Positions 12,401 through 21,127 of a stretch of DNA of 64,000 nucleotides are shown here, piece after piece (position 1 is the stretch's first letter; each line of letters starts with the position of its first letter). Source of the DNA: Cenococcum geophilum (Eukaryota); contig CP158635.1 in assembly GCA_050273025.1 (NCBI GenBank), positions 12,772,001 to 12,836,000 of the forward strand, given 5' to 3'. The notes under the pieces were generated by a model. That model ran no database searches, had not been told where the DNA came from, and saw only the letters and a list, made by a program, of their open reading frames with translations. The translations under genes were made by a program, and so were the position numbers.

Positions 12401-15400
12401 CTATTTCTATAACTTCCTTAAAACAAATCTAAAAACCAAACCTGAGCTTTTATATTGGAAGATAGTCGATACTAATATTAAAAAATTCCTAAAAGGCAAA
12501 CCAGGATTAACCCGCAAAGATATTCTACAACACCTACTAAAGGAGTTTAGTAAATATATTAAGCACTTCTTCCCTAAAAACGTAGATAAGCTGCCCCTTT
12601 ACTAACCATGGGACTATAAAATTAAAATTACCCCCAGAAACTAGGCCCCGTACTATAAAAATAGACTACTCTTACCTACTAAACTTAGGTATATAAAGAA
12701 GTAGATTAATAAGATACTAGATAAGGGTTTTATCCGCGAATCAACCTCACTAGCTACTGTACTACTCCTCCTCGCTACTAAGCCTAGCGGCGGTGTATAA
12801 ATCTACTATAACTACCAAGGCCTAAACATAGTTACTATTAAGAATTAATACCTACTACCACTAATCCGCGAGATACTTGACGCACTTTATAGCGTTAAGT
12901 ACTTTACTAAACTTAATATAATTGCTACGTTTAACTAGATCCGGATTACGGAGGGCCATAAGTAGCTTATAGCATTTATTACCCGGTTCGGACTCTATAA
13001 AATACTAGTTATACCATTTAGCCTCTATAACGCACCCGCTATATTTTAGAACTATATTAACCATATTTTATATAACGCCCTTAATAACTACTATACTACC
13101 TACCTTAATAATGTTTTTATCTTTTCTAAAATATATACTAAGCATACTAAGCATATAAATAAAGTTATCCAAAGATTTAGCAATGCTGGACTTTAGATTA
13201 ATATTAATAAGTCTAAATTCTACTCTACTAAAATAAAATACCTTAGCTTAATTATCTCGACTAATGGTATAACTATAGACCCTAAGAAGATACAGGCCTT
13301 ATAGGAATAGAAGGACCCAACATTAATTAAAGAACTATAATAATTTCTTAGCTTTGCGAACTTCTACTAATAATTTATCTAAGGCTACTCTACCATTACT
13401 ACACCTATAACAAAACTTCTAAAGAAGGATATTAGATAGCTATAGAGACTAAAATAAGCTAAATCATTTAAGGCCCTTAAGGGAGCCTTTACTTTAGCAC
13501 TAGTACTAGTATACTATAACTATATAAAGAAAACAGTAGTAGAGACAGACGTATTAAATTAGGCTTCTAGTGGAGTCCTTTCTTAGTATAATAATAATAG
13601 AAAATTAAAACTGGTTGCATTCTTCTTTATAAAGCACTCTATGCCGGAATATAACTATAAGATCTATAATAAAGAACTCCTAGCTATTATTAAGGCTTTA
13701 AAGGAATGGCGTCCTAAGCTATAAGGGACTAAGGAGCCGTTTAAAATTATTACCGACTATAAAAACCTATAGACGTTTATAACTACTAAGCAGCTAAACT
13801 AGCGCTAAGTCTAATAGGTAGAGTTCCTTTTATAGTTTAACTTTGTAATTATATATAGACCCAGTAGCAAAGCCACGCTCCCTAATGCCCTAAGCTAGCT
13901 ACTAGGAATAAGGCCTAAGGACGCTAATAATAAACGCCTCCACTACCAAGCCTAAGTTATTATACCGCCCCAGAAAGTTAACCTTATAATCTTAGAAGAA
14001 TTACTATATAAGTCCTATAACTCTAATAACACAGAGTTTATAGCCGCTCTAGACCCTAAAATAGCTAAAAAGTTACTAGATAAGTTAATCTGGCTAGAAT
14101 ACTAGGAGAATAAACTCACAAAAGATATGGTAGCAGCCCTATATAATTAAAAAGCTCGCTATTAGCCAAAGAAAATTAGAAAATTACTCCGTTGCGATAA
14201 GTTAGAATATAGTATTATTAATAGATAGATCTACTTCCGCTAACGTCTTATTATCCCTAACGCCCTAAACCTTTACCTAAAAGTTACCTATTACTTTTAT
14301 AGCAGCGGCCCTACTAGTTACCCTAGCCGGGTTAAGACTTTTAACCTCTTAAACTAAATATACTGGTAGCTAGGAATCTCCTAGTTTATAGCTACCTTTG
14401 TTAAAGACTATACCCTATACTTTCGCACTAAGACTTCCTATTCTGCCCCGCCCGGTTTCCTAAAGCCACTAAAATTACCTACCCGCCTATAGACCAATAT
14501 CTTAATTAACTATATTATAATGCTACTAGTATACTAACGCCACGGTAAGGTATATAAATATATCCTTATTATTATAGACCGCCTAACTAAAATATAACAC
14601 CTTATTTTAGTAACAGGACTCTTAATAGAGGAGTTAGTTAATAGCTTTGTTAATAACGTATATAAGCTCTACGGTGCACTAAGTACGATTATCTCTAATC
14701 GCGGCATATAATTTATTAGCGACTTCTAGCGACGATTAAGTAAACGCCTTAAGACAACCTTATAACTAAGCTTAGCCTAGTACCCAGAAACGGACGGCTA
14801 AACTAAAATTATTAACGCCGCCGTAAATAAATACCTTTATACTTTTGTTAGCTTTATATAGAATAACTAGGTTAACTACCTACCGCTTGCCGAGTTTACT
14901 ATAAATAACTAAGTTAACAAGAGCATAGGTATCTCCCTATTTTTTACAAACTATAGCTTTAACCCTTACCTTGGAATTAAGCCTGCTAGCCCCTATCTAC
15001 TAACACTATTAGTATAAGTAAAGAAGGAGTTCTTCCGCATAGACTCTATAGCCAACCGCTTTAAGCGGATATTAATATAACTTAAGGCCCTAGCCTGGAT
15101 TTTATAGTAACGCTATAAAAACAATGCTAATACCCATAGAGATAAGAGCGCGTTATTTTATAAAGGTAACATAGTTATAGTTAGCTTAGAAAATATAAAG
15201 ATAAATAGACCTAAGAAGAAATAGGACAATAAATAGGACGGCCCGTACCCCGTACTCGCAGTATACTAAGGGGTAGTCGTAGTAGACCTCCTGGACCACA
15301 TCTAAGTAAATAAATCCTTTTATACATCTAAGGTCCGCCTCTAGGCTGCTAAAGAGATCCCTAGCTAAGCAAATATTAATACTATAGAGCGCCGTAATAT

Positions 15401-15985
15401 ATAAGGACGAGTAATAAAGAGAGATAATAACGGCAATATAGAAGACAAATGGGAGTTTAAGAAAATCCTTAATATACACGATAAAGACCCCCAGGGCCTA
15501 ACTTATAAGATTAAATAGAAATATTATAAGGATATAACCTGGTAGCTAAAGGAAGACCTAAAGGGTTATAAATAAGCTGTACAGCGCTTTTATAAGCAAT
15601 ACCCTAAGAAGCTAAAACCCCTAGACTAGGCACGAGATAAGGAAAAGTTACGCTAAGGTTGCGGCCGACCACCGCATTAAAATTTATGGTGGTTAAGATG
15701 TTATAGAACTTTAACCAGCAGTTAAAGTTATTTAATTGGCCAAATTTTTACTAAGAAACGCCACATGGACCAATTTGGGTAGCAGTATGGAGTTCTACTA
15801 ACCTTACTCACTAAACTGACTAATTAGGATTTTCCATGCCCGGTATGGAAAATCGCCATTAGCTTAGTTAAGGGCAATAAGCAGAACTAATATCTTTACG
15901 GTAGAAAATAGGCAACCCCATACACTGCCTATTTTTAAATTATCTATTTAGTTTGGGGACTAAACCATCTGGGGGAGAGGAGTAC

Positions 15986-16172
15986 TGTTACGGCACTAAC
16001 CTAACGCATACTATTTCATACTGTCTCATACTGTTCCCTACTGTTAGCTAGCCCACTACTAGCGACTTAGCGGCTGGCCCTACTATTTATATACAATACC
16101 CCCTTTCTACCTTCTTCCCCTCTTTATACCACAACGTAGTTATTCAGTCTACTTCATTGCAGCACTGTGACA
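15986..16172 (+). repeat. 3' LTR of element B
   Basis: TG...CA ends, preceded by PPT. Confidence 0.92.
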
Positions 16173-16641
16173 TGGGGTCTGCGACCTTTGTGGACCGCGA
16201 CGATGCTAATACTATATATTAGGCTAGAGCCTTAAGGACTATAGCAAGTCTCTAGGTGTCTAATGATTCCTCGCTAGGCGTAGGGGGTTCTCTAGCTTTA
16301 AGCAGCTCTTAAAGTTGTTTAATTTTAGCATTAGCTGCTGCGAGCTCCACTTAGGAGTTTAAGTTAGTTGCTGTTTTACCATCGGAGGTATTCAAGGGTC
16401 CTATAGCTGCTTTGCCGGCTACTATATTTCTTAGCATCGTGGTATAGTTGTTAGGGTAACCTCCGGTAGGATTCTGCAGGGGTTTTAGTTTATGTATATT
16501 CTATAGGTCTTGTTATTCTTTTCTATTCTTCTAGTTCTAGTAATATTCTTTAGATCTAATTCTGTGTTCTATTCTAGTTCGTAGTCCATAAATATATTTA
16601 AGTTCCTTCTTAGGAAGAAAGGGTAGTTAAGCTTTAGATAA

Positions 16642-16842
16642 TATTAGCGACTTAGTTAATTAAGGTACGAGTACGGCAAGAGGGACGCGCAAGCCTGTAT
16701 AATTGGTAGTCTATAAACGAAGATCTAAAGCTAGAGAAAGGAAAGGAGAAGAAGAGCAGCGCCGGTCGAAGTAGGGTTCTTTTATGCGGTCCTCTAGTCA
16801 CGTGACCGCGAAGTTCTGCCAAGTTCTGCCAGTGCCGTAACA
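16642..16842 (-). repeat. 5' LTR of element A
   Basis: Direct repeat of 4072-4272, followed by TSD CGCTG. Confidence 0.93.
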
Positions 16843-17464
16843 CGCTGGTAGCAAGCTCTATCTTTTAGATCTCTTTAATTCCAATATTCCTTTAGCAGGC
16901 TTATTAATTGGCGCCTATCTATACTTTCTATCTATTATCTTCTTATTATAAGCTAATTTATTAATAAAGACAAACTAATTATATTTATAGCCACAGATTC
17001 GAATAATCTAGTTATCCCTTAGGCCTAGGTTACGCTATTACGTAATTATCCTTATAACCTTTCTACTCTATTTTCTCCGCTTTAATCTAGCTAATAGTGT
17101 GCTTCGTGCTACTATTATATTATATTTATTATATAAAAACTAGAGCATCTCTTTAAAATAGGCGTCTGGGCTATATAAGAGGTATTTAAGGAGGCCCTAA
17201 TTAGTACGCGTTTATTAGTAAAATTAATATTAATATTACCACCTAATGTTATACATCTAGAGCTTTATCTATAAGCAGTAGTGGCCTACCATTCCCCCTA
17301 ATCGGTGGATTAATCTAGCCGTACCTCTTTAAATTCGCCCTCTAGCGTTAAAGAGTAGATTAAGGAACACGGGTTTTAATTTCTATATAGACATTATCGT
17401 AGTTAAGGTTAATTAGAGCTTATATAATTAACTTCTATTCGGTTAACCAGGCGGGCTTGCCTAT
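16843..17464 (-). pseudogene. 5' part of DD34E transposase of Tc1 element #2
   Basis: ATA (from ATG) at 17464-17462. GRP motif, intron 17254-17197 (GTATAA...TACTAAT TAG), then PDAYFKEM, FVFINKLAYN (from FVDESACN) and KR*SLLPA. Joins 4071 across the TSD. Confidence 0.85.
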
Positions 17465-17619
17465 AGCTTTAAAAAATAGGCGACGGCGATGTGTTGGTAT
17501 GGAGGATGGGTGGTGTTATACGCGGGTATAGAAAAGTGGTTCAAACAGGTGAGGATTCGGTAAATTTCTGTACTAGATTATGGTTTCTGACATAAACCCG
17601 TCCTTTTCTGAAGCGACTG
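17463..17619 (-). repeat. Right TIR (157 bp) of Tc1 element #2
   Basis: Reverse complement of 1698-1854, followed by TA. Confidence 0.92.
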
Positions 17620-17721
17620 TACCTAGCGGGCGCCAATAGTGGCCCAAGCGCCTTGGCCAGCCGCGGTGGATAGCGATTGAATCCTTCTCGTCGCACTACC
17701 TTCCTCTGCGCGATCCGAGTT

Positions 17722-19641
17722 ATGGCGTATTTTCGATATTTGAATAGCCGCCTGATTATTCCTTCCCTCTGCCGTCCCTTTTCACGAGTTATATCACCCC
17801 TAAGAGCTAGGAGTTCCTCCACAGAATTAACTCGTTATCTAGCCGGTCAATCAATGGAGGAACCTTCTAAACTATTCGAGTATACGTCCGGGCGATGGAT
17901 GTTTGTCACCCCCCTTCTTTTAAAGCCGACGCTCATCACTGACTATGGACTGGAGTTATAATGATGCCCTGAGGCGTTCTGAAAGAAGACGTGTTTTTAA
18001 CGTATCCGAATTCAAGCGCCTTGCGGCCGCATCCGTTAATCAGAACGCAGAAGATGTCGCTCGTTTTGAAAAGCTGGCTGAAGGGGGTTTCAATCGAACG
18101 TTCCTGGTCACTATGCGTGATGGCTTTCAGTTCGTTGGGCGCATCCCCTATCCGGTTACCGAGCCAAAAGACCTAGTCGTAGCTAGCGAAGTCGCGACAA
18201 TGGATTTTCTCCGCTCGCACGGCATACCCGTCCCCAAGATCTACGGTTACTCGGCCACATCGGAAAATGCTGCGGGCACTGAATACATCTTCATGGAGCT
18301 CGTCCGCGGAACGAACTTGGGCGACATCTGGTTTGATATGTCTGAAAAAGCCAGGATCACCATCATCACCAAACTCGTGGAGTTGGAGTCTCGACTATTT
18401 GCTCTTCGATTTCCGGCAAGTGGAAGTCTGTATTATACTAAGGATCTGCAAGCTGGGTCCAACAAGGTTGATATTCCTACCGCCTATTCTGCGCGCGAGA
18501 GTCGCTTCTGCATTGGTCCTGATACAACATTCGGCCTATGGTATGGAAAAAGGCTCAGTCTCCAGGTTTATCGTGGACCATGTACGTATTAATCCTATCA
18601 TTTACATATTCAGATTCACTTTCTATAATGTTCTGCTTTGAATTACCTCACTCTACGTTAGCAACCGTAACTAAATATCCGAAAGACACAGATCCAGCAG
18701 CGGCTCTTTCAGCCGGGGCCAAGAAGGAGATTGCATACTTGATGAAATTTGGACGACCGCTTCACCCATTTCAACGTCTGCGCAGAGAGATATACAATTA
18801 TCAGAAGCAATCGCATTTAGAGCATCTGGAAAGTCTGGAAAAATACCTGCGAATCGTGCCTCTTCTCATACCGAACGGCAACGACACCCTCACACGTCCG
18901 ACGATAAGGCACCCCGACCTCCAACCCAATAATGTGTTCGTCTCTGATAACCTTGAGATTACCGGCCTGATCGACTGGCAACACTGCGCAATACTCCCGC
19001 TCTTTCTGCAATGCGGGATCCCAAACAGCTTCCAGAACTACGGTGACAGCGTCTCAGAATCGTTGACACCCCCTGAATTACCACACAATTTTGACGAGCT
19101 GAGCGAAAGCGAACAATTCAAGCAAGTTGTGCTCCTGCGTAGGCGCCAACTTCACTACTTCTATATCACAACGACCGCAAAGCTGAACTCGACGCACTGC
19201 GATGCCCTGACATACGATCCTAGCACGCTGAGGCGTAAACTCTTTCATCGCGCAAGTGACCCCTGGGAAGGCGATAACGTGACCCTAAAAGCCGACCTAA
19301 TTCAGCTGACAAAGAACTGGTCGAAGATCGCCAATTTAAAATCGAGCACGAGCAGCGAAGCGAGGGCCCCTTGCCCGATCACCTTCCCGGAAGACGAGGT
19401 GAACGACTGTTTGCGCCTGAATTCTGCGCAGGTCGAGGCAGACGAGCAACTCGAGGCTTGCAGGGATGTTATTGGCGTTGGGGCTGAGGGGTGGGTGCCC
19501 TCGGATCAGTATGAGGAGGCTAAGCAACGCGAAAGTAAGCTAAAAGCCGATGCGCTTGATGCAGCTGAGTCTGATGAGGAAAGTGCGAGGCTATGCGAGC
19601 ATTGGGTTTTCGATGACTTTAATGAGGAGGAATATTCGTAG
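17722..19641 (+). CDS. Aminoglycoside phosphotransferase (APH)/choline-kinase-fold protein, fungal AIM9-like; 3 exons (17722-17900, 17956-18581, 18686-19641), ~586 aa
   Basis: Joins three ORF-track frames through introns 17901-17955 (GTTTGT..ACTGAC..GAG) and 18582-18685 (GTACGT..AAG); spliced length is 1761 nt. Motifs LFEYTSGRW-IYN, LAEGGFNRTF, ASEVATMDFL, PVPKIY, YIFME, HPDLQPNNVFV, ITGLIDWQ. N-terminus is Arg/Ser-rich with no acidic residues. No RIP signature. Confidence 0.88.
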
Positions 19642-19861
19642 CAAGTGACATGATCAAGCGGAAAGATAGGCCATTACCGTTCGCCCGACTTCGACCACGG
19701 GCTAATGCGTTCGAACGTGTACGCGCCTATGCCCTCTGTTGGGCGGCCTGCCGTTGCCGTGACCGATATCAGAGTTCCCGTCGTCCGAGCTTTCGCCTCC
19801 GTCCTCGAAAGAGCCGTCTTCATCGTCGTTCCCGTTGTCTCGGTCGACTGCACATAGTTGC

Positions 19862-20365
19862 TCAACGCTTTTCTCGCCGGCCCTTTCCTCTTGGAGCTCT
19901 TGTCCACTCCCGCGCCCCGTACTTCTTCTTAAACAGTTCCTGGCATCGCCAATGCAGCTCTTCTCCGACAAGGTTATCCTTCGCCACTAACGATGACTTC
20001 TGTCTTACCACGCATTGTATGGAACCATCCTCCCCTAGGTAAACGTCCTCGATGTCTAGCATTTCCGCAATCTCCTCGACGTTGCGACGACGCCGAGGCG
20101 CGTGGACCGCTCGTTTCGCTCGGTTCGCCCGGCGAGACTCGGCCGATGCCGATGCGAATGCCTCCTTCGCCTCCCTTACCTTCTATGTCTCTTTCCTTGT
20201 GCGACGCGGCCGCCTGTGGGTCGTTGCGTCGATGGACGGGGAAGTGGGCTCGACGGACGCACGGAACCGTTTTCTCGTTCGCAGATTCCACGAGGGCGTA
20301 TCGGCATTGAGGGAGCGGCCTTCGCGACGGGCTCTTAGGACGGCATATTGTTAAGGGTGGTGCAT
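19862..20365 (-). pseudogene. Probable pseudogene: basic N-terminus plus chromo-like C-terminal domain (168 codons, 2 internal stops)
   Basis: ATG at 20365 is in frame with ORF-track 19862..20062. Reads MHHP*QYAVLRARREG...RKET*KVREAKE...RRRRNVEEIAEMLDIEDVYLGEDGSIQCVVRQKSSLV...ELFKKKYG. Domain resemblance is by eye only. Confidence 0.4.
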
Positions 20366-21127
20366 TCTAATATTCGCACCTTAGAATTTACATTGTGTGG
20401 AATTGGTCGGTGAGGTTGGAGAAACTTCTAAGCGGGAGACGCTCTCCGGAGACTTCTGTCGCTCCTCGCCTTTCTTCATAGGTGCAAACCCATCATGGGG
20501 CTCGGGATCGGCAGGGCGGCTGGCACCAAACGCGTCGCTTGTGGCTTCGATTGGTTCCCGACGGGAAGACCGTCTTCTGCGACTCCTTCCAGATCTTACT
20601 TGCAGACCGATGCTCCGGCTTGTTTATCTAACGAAGTATTGCAGTCACCATAATATAAGTGGGATAAGGTCTGTTCCTTTGGCTTCTGAAGTTGCTGCGT
20701 CAGACGACGCATGCGGCAGATCTTCTCATACAAGGCAGAGATGCCACGAATACGACTCTGAATGTCCTTGGCGCCAGGCTTGCCAATCACTCAATTCAAT
20801 TCAATTGACGCCTCGAGTTGGTTGGATTGAAAGCTTTGCAAGCAGAGGGTTTAATTAATTGAATTGATTGAATCAATATTGCAACGGTTGCAACTAAATT
20901 CAACTGGCGTAGTAGTTAGTAACTATCACGGGTCTTGGCATGGCGTTGAGTCACCCCCCTGCCGTGTATGTCTTGTTCCGTCCTGCGGGCGCTTTAACTG
21001 CCCATCTACCATATCAATTATGCCTTCCTTGTCCCACGATCCTACCGCTATTGAAGCTTCAATTATATCAAGCCTGTAGGGTTAAATATACGTTCGGGGT
21101 CTAACGATATTGGTGGAATCGTCATGA

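Larger units (their letters stand above)
9258..16172 (+). mobile_element. Ty3/Gypsy chromovirus B (6915 bp) inserted in gag of A
   Basis: 187-bp LTRs at 9258-9444 and 15986-16172. Imperfect TSD GGGGG/TGGGG. PPT GGGGGAGAGGAG 15971-15982. Zinc knuckle CLACGLPGH ~10681, protease LVDS ~11307, RT YLNN (from YLDD) 13101, integrase, chromodomain WEFKKIL ~15449. Confidence 0.93.
4072..16842 (-). mobile_element. Ty3/Gypsy chromovirus A (5851 bp net), RIP-decayed
   Basis: 201-bp LTRs at 4072-4272 and 16642-16842. TSD CGCTG (4067-4071, 16843-16847). Polypurine tract at ~4275-4286 on the minus strand. RT AYLDNIIIY ~6787-6812, integrase, and chromodomain WEIKEVL..YCVSWKGY ~4440-4590. Confidence 0.93.
1698..17619. 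mobile_element. Tc1/IS630-type DNA transposon #2 with 157-bp TIRs and two convergent ORFs (3146 bp after removing nested LTR elements)
   Basis: TA|CAGTCGCTTCAGAAAAGG... at 1696-1698 and ...CCTTTTCTGAAGCGACTG|TA at 17619-17621. TIRs 1698-1854 and 17463-17619 differ only by transitions. DD34E transposase inside. Confidence 0.92.

Noticed and set aside
15818..15870. Shared palindromic module as a hammerhead or other self-cleaving ribozyme
   Set aside because: I could not place the CUGAnGA/GAAA core in a three-stem arrangement, and orientation varies between elements. An Infernal/Rfam scan of RIP-reverted sequence would settle it.
17541..17822. Minus-strand 93-aa ORF
   Set aside because: Antisense to the kinase exon 1 and ends inside the TIR.
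17991..19527. Short alternative-frame and antisense ORFs within the kinase gene
   Set aside because: Shadows of the real CDS.
19650..21079. Cluster of overlapping plus-strand ORFs (19650, 19993, 20052, 20102, 20397, 20864)
   Set aside because: Low-complexity Arg/Ser/Pro translations with no motifs; several are antisense to the proposed pseudogene or cross the hAT terminus.
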